This document shows positions 1 through 8,727 of a stretch of DNA of 64,000 nucleotides, in pieces. The DNA comes from Anaerolineae bacterium. GTDB lineage: Bacteria; Chloroflexota; Anaerolineae; S140-20. The position numbers and the translations under genes were made by a program. Position 1 is the stretch's first letter. Every line of letters begins with the position of its first letter. Below the pieces are notes generated by a model, which made no database searches, had not been told where the DNA came from, and was given only the letters and a program-made list of their open reading frames with translations. Location: the NCBI GenBank assembly GCA_027021705.1, contig JALUTT010000048.1:32001-96000 (forward strand), given 5' to 3'.

Positions 1-558
1 GCCGAAGTCGTAGCCCCAGACCCGGTCGTAGATGACCTCGCGGGTGAGGACCTGGCGGGGGTGGCGCATGAAGAGCTCCAACAGTTCGTACTCCTTGGCC
101 GTGAGGTCAATGACCCGCTTCCCCCGCCGGGCCCGCCGGGTGCCGGTGTCCAGGACCAGGTCGGCGAAGTGGAGCACCTCCGCCGCCGGCGGCCCCGCCC
201 GACGCAACAGCGCCCGGATCCGGGCCAGCAGCTCGTCGAAGGCGAAGGGCTTCACCAGGTAGTCGTCGGCGCCGGCGTCGAGGCCGGCCACCCGGTCGGA
301 GACGCTCTCCTTGGCCGTGAGCATCAGGATGGGGACGTTGCTGGCAGCCCGGAGCCGCCGACAGACCTCCAGCCCATCCAGACCCGGCAGCATCCAATCG
401 AGGATGACCAGGTCGGGCGGGTAATCGCGAGCCGCTTCCAGCCCTTCGGGCCCATCGTAGGCCAGGGTGACCCGATACCCCTCGTAGACGAGCCCCCGCT
501 GAAGGGTGCTGGCGATACCGGTGTCGTCCTCGATCACCAGAATACGCTCACCGGTCAT
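1..558 (-). CDS. OmpR/PhoB-family response regulator (MprA-like), 3' end outside window
   Basis: Manual translation from ATG at 558: [12 protein letters not shown]...[23 protein letters not shown]...PILMLTAK...[10 protein letters not shown]...[10 protein letters not shown]...[17 protein letters not shown] (REC plus winged helix). Missing from the ORF track because it is truncated. Confidence 0.93.
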   Translation of the reverse strand, partial: MTGERILVIEDDTGIASTLQRGLVYEGYRVTLAYDGPEGLEAARDYPPDLVILDWMLPGLDGLEVCRRLRAASNVPILMLTAKESVSDRVAGLDAGADDYLVKPFAFDELLARIRALLRRAGPPAAEVLHFADLVLDTGTRRARRGKRVIDLTAKEYELLELFMRHPRQVLTREVIYDRVWGYDFG

Positions 559-581
559 AGTTCCCCCCTTTCGCAAGGGGA

Positions 582-610
582 ATTATAGCCGGAAGTGGGG
601 GGAGGGGCAA
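582..610 (-). promoter_or_regulatory. sigma70-type promoter of the response regulator
   Basis: Minus strand TTGCCC (610-605), 17 bp spacer, TATAAT (587-582), 23 bp before the ATG. Confidence 0.65.
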
Positions 611-652
611 GGGGCAAGGGGCAAGGGGCAAGGGGCAAGGGGCAAGGGGCAA
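604..652. repeat. Perfect heptamer tandem repeat (GGGGCAA)x7
   Basis: Seven exact copies read directly. Confidence 0.97.
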
Positions 653-740
653 GTGACTACCTGACCACCTGACCAAGTGACCACGTGACCAAGTGACCAC
701 GTGACCAAGCGACCACCCGACCACCCGACCAAGCGACCGG
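653..740. repeat. Degenerate octamer tandem repeat (NNGACCAM), about 11 units
   Basis: gtgactac ctgaccac ctgaccaa gtgaccac gtgaccaa gtgaccac gtgaccaa gcgaccac ccgaccac ccgaccaa gcgaccgg. Confidence 0.93.
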
Positions 741-744
741 ATGC

Positions 745-1551
745 TCAGGGGCGAGCGCTGAGGGCTTCGCGGCGGAGCAGGTTCAGGAACTCCACCGATT
801 TCAACTGCCGCTCCAGGTGGTGGACGATGTAGCGCCGGAGGACCCGCTCCAGTTCGGCGTGGCGGGAGCCGGAGAGCCGGAGGCGTGAGGCGGCCTCCCC
901 CCTGTGGGTCTGCAGGTACTGGAGCACCTTCAGGCCGGCCGTGGAAAGGGTTAGCGGTGGGGGGCGATGGATGGTGCAGACGGCACAGACCACGCCTCCC
1001 TCGGCCGGGCTGAAGCCCAACGGGGGTCTGCGCTCCTCCCCGTTCACGTCCAGGTGGGTCAGGAGGCGGCCACAGCGGACGCAGGCGTGCAGTTCGGGGC
1101 GAAGCCCGGCCTCCCCCAGCAGGTGAAGCTCATAGGCCCGGGCCACGGGCCGCAGGTCAGGAGCCGTGCAGAGCAGGTCGAGGGTCTCCGTGAGCAGGTG
1201 GAAGAGGGCCGGCTCTTCCTCGCCCTCGGCGGTGAACTGGTTCAGGAGTTCGGCGACGTAGTGGGCGTAGGTGGCCCGCACCAGGTCCTCCCGCAGAGGT
1301 AGGTAGGCGGCGACCGTCTCTGCCTGGCTGATGAGGTCCAGGGAACGCCCCCGGGCGAGGAGCAGTCGGACGCGGGTAAAGAGTTCCAGGTGGCCGGCCT
1401 TCCGGCTGCGGGGTTTGCGGACGCCCTTGGCCACCGCCCGCAGCTTCCCCCGCTCTCGGGTGAAGAGGGTGAGAAGCCGGTCGGCTTCCTGCCAGTTCTG
1501 GCGTCGCAGGACAACGGCCTCGACGCGATAGAGGCGTATCCGTTCGGGCAC
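745..1551 (-). CDS. recO: DNA repair protein RecO
   Basis: EAVVLRRQNWQEADRLLTLFTRERGKLRAVAKGVRKPRSR OB-fold; CxxC...CxxC zinc finger. Confidence 0.96.
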   Translation of the reverse strand: MPERIRLYRVEAVVLRRQNWQEADRLLTLFTRERGKLRAVAKGVRKPRSRKAGHLELFTRVRLLLARGRSLDLISQAETVAAYLPLREDLVRATYAHYVAELLNQFTAEGEEEPALFHLLTETLDLLCTAPDLRPVARAYELHLLGEAGLRPELHACVRCGRLLTHLDVNGEERRPPLGFSPAEGGVVCAVCTIHRPPPLTLSTAGLKVLQYLQTHRGEAASRLRLSGSRHAELERVLRRYIVHHLERQLKSVEFLNLLRREALSARP

Positions 1552-1594
1552 GGTCCTCTCAGCTTTCTAGCGATCCATAGTCCGCGGTCCGTAG

Positions 1595-1716
1595 TGTTCA
1601 CCCTCCCGCAGGTTAGGCGCGTTTCCGACGGGAAACCGTGCTTCCAATAGCCCATCGGGGCTGAAAGCGCCCTAGACCGGTGACCTGCGGGAGGGTAGGC
1701 TGAATAGATACGCTAG
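1595..1716 (+). repeat. ~120-bp palindromic interspersed element (MITE/REP-like), copy 1
   Basis: Terminal inverted repeats CCCTCCCGCAGGT...ACCTGCGGGAGGG; near-identical to 21615-21726 (inverted) and 60855-60975. Confidence 0.9.
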
Positions 1717-2099
1717 GGGAGCTTATCGGCACCAAAGGGGGCCGGCAGCAGTTGATCCAGCGTCGTCTCCCGATAGGCCCCGCTCGCGTCGGCGATGATG
1801 ACCCGCAGGTGGGGGGCGAACTCGTGCAGGATCTGGCGACAAGAGCCGCAGGGGGTCCCCCCGTTTGAGGTGACGACGGCGATGGCCTCGAACTCCCGCT
1901 CCCCTTCTGAGACCGCCTTGACCACCGCCGTGCGCTCTGCACAGGTTCCCAAGGGATAGACGGCGTTCTCCACGTTCGCCCCTGTGTAGACCTGTCCTGA
2001 CCGCGTCAGCAACGCCGCCCCTACCCTGTACCCCGAGTAGGGGGCGTAAGCCCGCTCCCGGGCCAGGGTGGCCCGGGCCACCAGGTCCTCAGCGCTCAT
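1713..2099 (-). CDS. cdd: Cytidine deaminase
   Basis: AYAPYSGYRVGAALL, GANVENA, CAER, PCGSCRQ zinc motifs; alternative start at 2105. Confidence 0.95.
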   Translation of the reverse strand: MSAEDLVARATLARERAYAPYSGYRVGAALLTRSGQVYTGANVENAVYPLGTCAERTAVVKAVSEGEREFEAIAVVTSNGGTPCGSCRQILHEFAPHLRVIIADASGAYRETTLDQLLPAPFGADKLP

Positions 2100-3426
2100 G
2101 GTCATCGTCCTGCCCCTCACTCGTTGGAGGGCCGGCCCTCCGGTGCACACGCACCTTGCGGATGCGCCGACCGGCTACCGACACCACTTCGAACCGCAAC
2201 GGACCGAAATCGAAGGCCTCCCCCTGGACCGGCACTCTCCCCAACCGGCTGTAGACGAACCCGCCCAGCGTGTCTCCCATCTCCGTGGGCATCTCGACGC
2301 CCAGCAGGTGTCCCACATCATCCAGGGCGATGCGGGCGTTGAAGATGTACTCCTCCTCCCCCACCTGCTCGTAGAGGGGCTCCTCCGCATCATACTCATC
2401 CTGAATCTCGCCCACGATCTCCTCGACGATGTCCTCCACCGTCACCAGTCCGGCCGTCCCCCCATATTCGTCCACGACGATAGCCATATGGGTCCGCTGC
2501 TGCTGCATCTCCTCCAGCAACTCGTCCACCTTCTTGGACTCAGGGATGAAGTAGGCCCCCCGCAGCAACTGCCTCAGAGGGAGGTCACGCCGGTTGTCCC
2601 GCCACAGCGGCAGGAGGTCCTTGGCGTAGAGGATACCGACGATGTTGTCAATGGTCCCTTCGTAGACAGGGATGCGGGAGTGGCCCGCTTCGATGATCTT
2701 ATTCACCGCCTCGTCCAGGGGGGTGTGGACCTCCAGGGCCACGATGTCTATCCGGGGCACCATGATCTCGCGGGCGATGGTATCGCTCAGGGCGAAGACG
2801 GAGTGGATCATCTCGGCCTCGTCTTCCTCGATGGTCCCCTCTTCCTCGCCGGCATCCACCAGGGTCATAATTTCCTCTTCCGTGATGAAAGCCATCCCCC
2901 CGACAGACTCGCCCCCCATCAGGAGCGAGAGGCGATCGCTGATCCAGATGGTGGGGCCGATGAGGGGAAGGAAGAGGGTGGACAGGAGGGAAAGAGGACG
3001 GGCGAAGAAAGAAGCGATCTCGTCGGCGTAGCGGGCTGCCACGGCCTCAGGGACCAGTTGGCCCAGGATAAGCAGGGCGAAGGCCAGGATGAGCACGATG
3101 AACCCCACCGCCAGGGGCTGAGCGATGGTCACCGGCACCCCGAGGTCGGTCAGGTACTGCCGCAACGGCGGAGTCAGGGTCAGGGCGGCGACGGCCACCG
3201 CCATCGCCGCCGTCAGCACAATGCCGATCTGCGTCGTCGCCAGCAGCCGGCTGGGCTTTTCCACCAACCGAGCAACAATAGGCGACTCCGCCCCCCTCTG
3301 TCCGATCCGCTCGCCCAGCCGCCCTCTACGCAGGTTGATCAGGGCCGAACGGCCGGCGGAGAAAAGCGCTTCGATCAGGACGAGGAGCGCGATCAGGAGC
3401 AAGCCCCTCGTACTGTCAGGATCCAC
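2089..3426 (-). CDS. HlyC/CorC (CNNM-CBS-CorC) family membrane protein
   Basis: TM DUF21 region, EIMVPRIDIV, GHSRIPVY, VVDEYGGTAGLVTVEDIVEEIVGEIQDEYD; GTG start after GAGGAG. Confidence 0.92.
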   Translation of the reverse strand: MDPDSTRGLLLIALLVLIEALFSAGRSALINLRRGRLGERIGQRGAESPIVARLVEKPSRLLATTQIGIVLTAAMAVAVAALTLTPPLRQYLTDLGVPVTIAQPLAVGFIVLILAFALLILGQLVPEAVAARYADEIASFFARPLSLLSTLFLPLIGPTIWISDRLSLLMGGESVGGMAFITEEEIMTLVDAGEEEGTIEEDEAEMIHSVFALSDTIAREIMVPRIDIVALEVHTPLDEAVNKIIEAGHSRIPVYEGTIDNIVGILYAKDLLPLWRDNRRDLPLRQLLRGAYFIPESKKVDELLEEMQQQRTHMAIVVDEYGGTAGLVTVEDIVEEIVGEIQDEYDAEEPLYEQVGEEEYIFNARIALDDVGHLLGVEMPTEMGDTLGGFVYSRLGRVPVQGEAFDFGPLRFEVVSVAGRRIRKVRVHRRAGPPTSEGQDDDHER

Positions 3427-4801
3427 GGTTCTCCTCGCTTCCCGGTGCCCCCGCACCCTCTACCGACCGGCGCACCCGGGCGGGGACGCCGTAGGCCAGG
3501 CTACCGGGGGGAATGTCGCGGGTGACGACGGCCCCCGCTCCCGTCCTGGCCCCCTTGCCCACCCGCACGGGAGCGACCAGCATCGTATCTGAGCCGATGA
3601 AAACGCCGTCCTCGATAACGGTCGGGTGTTTGCGCTCCCCGTCGTAGTTGCAGGTGATAGCTCCGGCCCCGATGTTGACGTTGGCTCCGATGGTCGCATC
3701 CCCCACATAGCTGAAGTGGCCCATCTTGGTGCCCGGCCCCAGATAGCTGTTCTTCACCTCGCCAAAGTTGCCCATATGCACCCCACGGGCCAGGTGAGCC
3801 CCCTTGCGTAGGTGGCTGAAGGGGCCGACGTCCACCCCCTCCTCCAGCGTCGCCCCCTCCACGACCGAGGCCAGGACGATGCACCGGTCCCCCAGGGTGG
3901 AGTCGCGGATGATGGCGCTGGGGCCCAACCGGCACTCCGCCCCGATCCGGGTCTCGCCCTGGAGGTGAGTGTGGGGGTAGATGACCGTGTCCGGTCCGAT
4001 CACGACGTCGGCTTCGATATAGGTGGTGTCCGGGTCCACCAGCGTCACGCCGGCGAGCATCCACCGCTCGTTGATGCGGCGGCGCAGGGCCGCCTCCGCC
4101 TCGGCCAAGTGCACCCGGGTGTTGATCCCCAGCGCCTCCGTCGGGTCCTCCAGAGGAACCCCCTCGACCCGTCTCCCCTCAGCCACGGCCATCGCGATCA
4201 AGTCCGTCAGGTAGTACTCCCCCTTCACGGGATTCCGTCGGAGATGGGGAAGGTGTTCCCAGAGCCAGGCCGCGTCGAAGCAGTAGGTCCCGGTGTTCAA
4301 CTCCCGGATCGTGGCCTGCTCCGGCGTCGCGTCCAGTTGCTCCACGATGGCCCGGATACGCCCCTGGTCATCGCGCACGACACGGCCAAAGCCTCGGGGG
4401 TCATCCCGCTCAACGGTGAGCAACGTCACGGTGGCCTGGCGGTCCCGGTGCACCTCCATCAGCTTCCGCAGCGCTTCCGCCGTCAGGAGGGGCATATCGG
4501 CATAGGTGACCAGCAGGGTGTCCACTTCCGGGTCCACGGCTGACCGGGCCTGCCGGACGGCGTGCCCGGTGCCCAACTGGGGCTCCTGGACCACGTAGCG
4601 CGCCCGCTCGCCCACAACCCGGCGCACGGCGTCGGCCCCATGACCGACGACGAGGATGGGGGGTAGGGCGGTCAGGGCAGAGGCGGTGTGGACCACGTAG
4701 AGGACCATCGGACGGCCTGCCAGGGGATGGAGGACCTTGGGGAGCCGAGACTTCATCCGGGTCCCCTGCCCGGCGGCCAGAATTACCACGGCCAGGTTCA
4801 T
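3416..4801 (-). CDS. glmU: Bifunctional UDP-GlcNAc pyrophosphorylase / glucosamine-1-P acetyltransferase
   Basis: LAAGQGTRMKSRLPKVLH, QLGTGHA, EYYLTD, hexapeptide repeats, GAITCNYDG. Confidence 0.97.
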   Translation of the reverse strand: MNLAVVILAAGQGTRMKSRLPKVLHPLAGRPMVLYVVHTASALTALPPILVVGHGADAVRRVVGERARYVVQEPQLGTGHAVRQARSAVDPEVDTLLVTYADMPLLTAEALRKLMEVHRDRQATVTLLTVERDDPRGFGRVVRDDQGRIRAIVEQLDATPEQATIRELNTGTYCFDAAWLWEHLPHLRRNPVKGEYYLTDLIAMAVAEGRRVEGVPLEDPTEALGINTRVHLAEAEAALRRRINERWMLAGVTLVDPDTTYIEADVVIGPDTVIYPHTHLQGETRIGAECRLGPSAIIRDSTLGDRCIVLASVVEGATLEEGVDVGPFSHLRKGAHLARGVHMGNFGEVKNSYLGPGTKMGHFSYVGDATIGANVNIGAGAITCNYDGERKHPTVIEDGVFIGSDTMLVAPVRVGKGARTGAGAVVTRDIPPGSLAYGVPARVRRSVEGAGAPGSEENRGS

Positions 4802-4948
4802 AAAGCCTTCTCTCCTCGGTTCCGAGCCACCCGCCCCACCTCCCGCAGGTGCCCCCCATTGCTGTCTTCGGGCACCACGTGGCCTGCGGGGAGGTGACAT
4901 CGGTCAGGTGGCTAGTCCTCGGTTCAGATCACCGACTGTTCAGAGGTT

Positions 4949-4977
4949 ATTATAACCGGCCTGAGAAAGTTGGACAA
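4949..4977 (-). promoter_or_regulatory. sigma70-type promoter for glmU-hlyC-cdd
   Basis: Minus strand TTGTCC-17 bp-TATAAT. Confidence 0.7.
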
Positions 4978-4992
4978 GCCTCCTGGGGGGAA

Positions 4993-6135
4993 TCAGCGCT
5001 GTCGGACCAGGCCGGGAGGACGGCATCGGAAGTCCCGCCCCCGCCACTGGCGTCGGCAAGAGGGGGAGAGGAAATCGTCGGGGCAGGTGAAGCGCTGGGG
5101 CAGGTCCCGCCAGTCCCGAGGCCAATCCTGGGCGTAGAAGGCGGCGTACTCGGCCACGTGGGAGGCCCAATAGGCATCGCTGTGCTCGCCGGGACGTAGC
5201 AGGAACTGATGGGCGATGCCCCGTTCCTCCAGCAGCCGGTCCATCGTCTGGGCACCGCTCCGCAGCCAGTCGGAGCGGCCCACGTCTATGTAGACCTGCA
5301 CCCTCTCGATCCCCGGCGCGTCTGAGGCCAAGTAGAGGGGGTTGTAGGCCGGGATGGCGTTGTCCCAGAAGAGGCCGGGGCTGTGGGCCCCGACGCGGGC
5401 AAAGAGGGTGGGATGGCGCAGGGCGATCTCCAGAGCCCAGAAGCCCCCTCGCGAGAGTCCACCGATAGCCCGCGCCCGACGGGTCTCCCAAGTGCAGAAG
5501 TTATCGGCGATGAAGGGCATCAACTCCTCGACGACGACGGTCTCGAAGGACCCCGGCCCACCGTCGGTCGTGTTGGCGATGCTGCCGGCGTTGGGCATCA
5601 CGATGATGAAGGGGGAAAGCCGGCCCGAACGCACCCCGGCATCCACCGCCTCGTCCAGTCCCAGCACGTCCCACTGGCTGTCGGTGTAGCCCATCCCGTG
5701 GAAGATGTAGAGGACGGGGAAGAGACGGTTGGCCTCGTCGTAGCAGGGGGGCAAGTAGACCCGGTAGCGCATTGAACGCCCCAGCGTCGGACTGTAGAAG
5801 GTGCCCCGAAGCACCTCCCCCTCTTCGTCAGCGCAGACGTCGGCCGCCGTCAGAGGAGACGTCGGAGTAGGCGTCGAAGGTGGCGACACCATCGTCGGCG
5901 TAGGGGAAGGGGAGGGTGTGGACGTCGGCGTCGGCGTCGGCGGCAGGATGGTGGGGGTGGGCGTCGCCGTGGGGGATGAAGTGAGGGTCAGGGAGGGGAC
6001 AAGAGTGGGCACCACCCAGAAGGCCCCCTCCACAGGGTGGGGAACCCGCCCCACCAGGGAGGCGACGCCAATGAGGAGCAGGATGAGCAGGGCTCCGCTG
6101 GTGACCAGAAGGGACTGAGATGACCGGGAGGACAA
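4993..6135 (-). CDS. Membrane-anchored alpha/beta-hydrolase (Fes/enterochelin-esterase-like family) with Pro/Thr linker
   Basis: N-terminal TM helix, PT repeats, YRVYLPPCY, PVLYIFHG, nucleophile GLSRGG, PGEH; TTG start after GAGGAG (ORF is open from 6246). Confidence 0.8.
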   Translation of the reverse strand: MSSRSSQSLLVTSGALLILLLIGVASLVGRVPHPVEGAFWVVPTLVPSLTLTSSPTATPTPTILPPTPTPTSTPSPSPTPTMVSPPSTPTPTSPLTAADVCADEEGEVLRGTFYSPTLGRSMRYRVYLPPCYDEANRLFPVLYIFHGMGYTDSQWDVLGLDEAVDAGVRSGRLSPFIIVMPNAGSIANTTDGGPGSFETVVVEELMPFIADNFCTWETRRARAIGGLSRGGFWALEIALRHPTLFARVGAHSPGLFWDNAIPAYNPLYLASDAPGIERVQVYIDVGRSDWLRSGAQTMDRLLEERGIAHQFLLRPGEHSDAYWASHVAEYAAFYAQDWPRDWRDLPQRFTCPDDFLSPSCRRQWRGRDFRCRPPGLVRQR

Positions 6136-6272
6136 GGCTCCTCTTCCCCCTTTGCCCCTGGAAATACCGGCGTGACGGGGAAACGGCAATAGTGTACCAC
6201 AAAATGGCGGATTGGCAACCCCCCGCTTCGCGGTGATTACCCACAAGGGAGCGAGAGAGTGGTCCGTAGCAG

Positions 6273-6349
6273 GCCGTCCACGAATTTCTCACCAATGCAC
6301 GAATGAGGCGGTCCTTAATTCGTGTATTCGTGCCCCATTCGTGGACGGC
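6273..6349. repeat. Palindromic element built from ACGAAT/ATTCGT units
   Basis: GCCGTCCACGAAT...ATTCGTGGACGGC 13-bp inverted repeat with extra internal CACGAAT/ATTCGTG; related element at 37286-37358. Confidence 0.8.
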
Positions 6350-6378
6350 TAGTCTCCCTAAACTCCAAGACGCATCCG

Positions 6379-6407
6379 TTGACAGGAAATCGCTTTGGCG
6401 TTAAACT
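6379..6407 (+). promoter_or_regulatory. sigma70-type promoter for yjjX and the downstream TA pair
   Basis: TTGACA-17 bp-TAAACT. Confidence 0.75.
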
Positions 6408-6451
6408 ACCCCTCGCCGAGCGACCAGGCCCTCTATCGCAGGAGACGAAGG

Positions 6452-6982
6452 ATGCGCATCGCCGTAGGGTCCACCAATCCGGTCAAGGTGGCTGCCGTCA
6501 CCCGGGTGGTTCGTCGGCTCTGGGGAGAGGCTCACGTGATCTCGCTGGACGTGCCCTCCGGCGTTCGTCCCCAGCCGATGTCCGACGACGAGGCGATCGC
6601 CGGGGCCCGCAACCGGGCCTGGGCCGCCCTGCGCCGGGCTCAGGCCGACCTGGGGGTGGGGCTGGAGGGGTCGGTCGCCGAATCCCCCTACGGCCTCTTC
6701 CTCACCGGCTGGGCCGTCGTCGTCAGCCGGGAGGGGCGGGAGGGGATCGCCGGCGGAGGGCGGCTGGTGCTGCCGGAGGCGGTCGCCCGGCGGGTGCGGG
6801 CCGGTGAGGAGTTGGGTCCGGTGATGGACAAGTTGGTGGGCGAGCGGAACACCAAGCAGGCGCGGGGAGCCGTGGGCATCCTCACCAACGGGCTGATCGT
6901 GCGCACCGCCGCCTTTGAGCAGATGGTCGCCTACGCCTTGGTGCCCTTTCTGCACCCTGAGTGGTATCCTGGAGGGGAATGA
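6452..6982 (+). CDS. yjjX: Inosine/xanthosine triphosphatase (DUF84 family)
   Basis: MRIAVGSTNPVKV, VPSGVRPQP, GARNRA, GVGLEG, ELGPVMD, GAVGILT. Confidence 0.92.
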   Translation: MRIAVGSTNPVKVAAVTRVVRRLWGEAHVISLDVPSGVRPQPMSDDEAIAGARNRAWAALRRAQADLGVGLEGSVAESPYGLFLTGWAVVVSREGREGIAGGGRLVLPEAVARRVRAGEELGPVMDKLVGERNTKQARGAVGILTNGLIVRTAAFEQMVAYALVPFLHPEWYPGGE

Positions 6983-7311
6983 TGACAGAGACCCTTACGT
7001 TGTTGGATGAAATGGACATCCTGGTGGAGGAGGGCATCTACAGGGATCGGGAATCCCTGGTTCGCGATGCCTTCAGGGCGCTTCTGAGAACCAAACCGGA
7101 GTTGCGGGGGCGACTTGCGCTGAGCCTCTACAGGCGAGGACAGGTCTCCCTCGCCCGTGCAGCCGAGATCAGCGGGATGGACAGGGAGAGCTTTAAGGAG
7201 TTGCTGTGGGAAGCGGGTGTGTCCCGTTCCATCGCTCCGGTGGGCGAGGAAGCGGTCCGGAGGGAAGTTGAAAGGCTCATCCATCTGCGTGAAGATCAGG
7301 ATCGGCAATGA
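6979..7311 (+). CDS. UPF0175-family putative antitoxin (RHH plus HTH)
   Basis: LVEEGIYRDRESLVRDAFRALL, LYRRGQVSLARAAEISGM; ATGA overlaps at both ends. Confidence 0.8.
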   Translation: MMTETLTLLDEMDILVEEGIYRDRESLVRDAFRALLRTKPELRGRLALSLYRRGQVSLARAAEISGMDRESFKELLWEAGVSRSIAPVGEEAVRREVERLIHLREDQDRQ

Positions 7312-7808
7312 AGTTCGTGCTCGATACCGACATCCTGAGCATGTTTGCTAAAGCAGAGGCTTTGGGTTGGCTTGGCGAGCTCTTGGGGTGGGAGAACCTT
7401 GTGATGACGCCAGCTATCCGCGATGAGATAGCTGTGCCGTTGCGGTATGGTTATGTCTTTCCTAAAGAAGTGCTCTCTCAGATCGTCGTTATCCCCTTGA
7501 CAGAACGGGCTTTACGCGAGTATGAGCGGTTATGGATGAGCTACCCTTCACTGGGAAGAGGTGAGTTGGAGGCAATAGCACTGTGCAAGACAACCGAGGC
7601 TATCTTCGTCACAAACGACAGGGTTGCGCGGAAAATTGCCCAAAACCAGGGGGTGGAGACCATCTCTTTGCAGACCGTATTGCGGGCATTGTGGGTGAGT
7701 AAAATAGCCAGCAAGGCAGAAGTGCGGGCTTTGTTGGAGCGGCTGAAGATTGTGGATCACCTGGATGTACCGTCGGAGGTGGAAAGGGAGATCTTCTCCG
7801 AGGGCTGA
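7308..7808 (+). CDS. PIN-domain protein (DUF3368/VapC-like putative toxin)
   Basis: FVLDTDIL, TPAIRDEI, LGRGELEAIAL, FVTNDRVAR acidic PIN motifs. Confidence 0.85.
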   Translation: MKFVLDTDILSMFAKAEALGWLGELLGWENLVMTPAIRDEIAVPLRYGYVFPKEVLSQIVVIPLTERALREYERLWMSYPSLGRGELEAIALCKTTEAIFVTNDRVARKIAQNQGVETISLQTVLRALWVSKIASKAEVRALLERLKIVDHLDVPSEVEREIFSEG

Positions 7809-7819
7809 AGCTCTGCTCT

Positions 7820-8614
7820 TTACTCGGCGGATTGATGAGCCTTCAACCAATGGAGCTCTTCCTCCGACAGAGGGGGCGGTGGGGGTGGCTGGGTATAGTC
7901 AATGGAAAGCTCATACGCAGCCTCGTCGTAGACGGCGTCCAGGGCCTGGCCCAGCTCCAGGGGAACGTCGGGGTCGGGGGAACGGAGAGGAACCGGGAGG
8001 ACGGGCAGCGGGTCCCGCAGGGAGATCGGCCACACTTCCATCGTGCCGGCACCGGCGCGGATGAGCGTGATCCGGTAGGCCGTGTCGGGGATGCGCGGAT
8101 GGGGGAAGGGGCGCTGCCCCCGGCGTATCAGGTCAATTTCCAGGATGTGGACGCCGGCCCGCTGCAACCGTTCGGCCTTCTTGCGGTAGGCGCTCAGACC
8201 GGGTTCGCGCTTGTTGACGGGGGAGAGGATTTCGATGGAAGTCACCAGCTCGTTGTGGGCCACGTCGCGGACTTCCACGGTGACCAGCCGCACCTTCACC
8301 GGTCGTATCACCGGAACAGCGATGGGGGCCGGGGTGATGGCGATGGCCTCTCCCGCCCCCACTCCGGGAGGCTCCGGCATCGCGTCTCGTTCGCCCGGTC
8401 GGCGCGTCGTCACCACCTCGACGTCGGGGTAGAGGATGCCGATCTCCAGCTCCGGCGTCGGGTCCTCCACCAGGTAGATGTCAAGCCGGGCCACGTAGCG
8501 CGGGCGAAGCCGGGGTGTCAGTTGGCGGCTGATCTCGGTGGCGAGGCGGTGGTGGAAATCGGGCCACAGGTAGCCCTCCAGGTAGGGATCCATGCCCGGA
8601 AAGGGTGAGGGCAT
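7820..8614 (-). CDS. DUF4058 family protein (Uma2-like nuclease fold)
   Basis: MPSPFPGMDPYLE, WPDFH, PDVEV, IEILSPVNK, EIDLIRRG. Confidence 0.88.
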   Translation of the reverse strand: MPSPFPGMDPYLEGYLWPDFHHRLATEISRQLTPRLRPRYVARLDIYLVEDPTPELEIGILYPDVEVVTTRRPGERDAMPEPPGVGAGEAIAITPAPIAVPVIRPVKVRLVTVEVRDVAHNELVTSIEILSPVNKREPGLSAYRKKAERLQRAGVHILEIDLIRRGQRPFPHPRIPDTAYRITLIRAGAGTMEVWPISLRDPLPVLPVPLRSPDPDVPLELGQALDAVYDEAAYELSIDYTQPPPPPPLSEEELHWLKAHQSAE

Positions 8615-8727
8615 CGTCGCCTCCTCACGCCGGAAAGTAAGGGCGGCACTGGTGGTCGCCCCCTACTGTGCGATTCGGCCCCTCCAGTATACCACGGAAC
8701 GGGGGGCCTTGCAACGATGGGAGGGAG

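Noticed and set aside
2068..3525. Long antisense and alternative-frame ORFs (e.g. 2068-3525, 8518-9915, 12836-13951, 22763-24322, 34955-36655, 45956-47824, 60972-62297)
   Set aside because: They shadow well-supported genes on the opposite strand, have no recognisable motifs, and are expected in high-GC DNA.
4802..4948. glmS ribozyme or other riboswitch upstream of glmU
   Set aside because: No recognisable conserved core; the hairpin is explained by the arms of the dispersed element. An Rfam search was not run.
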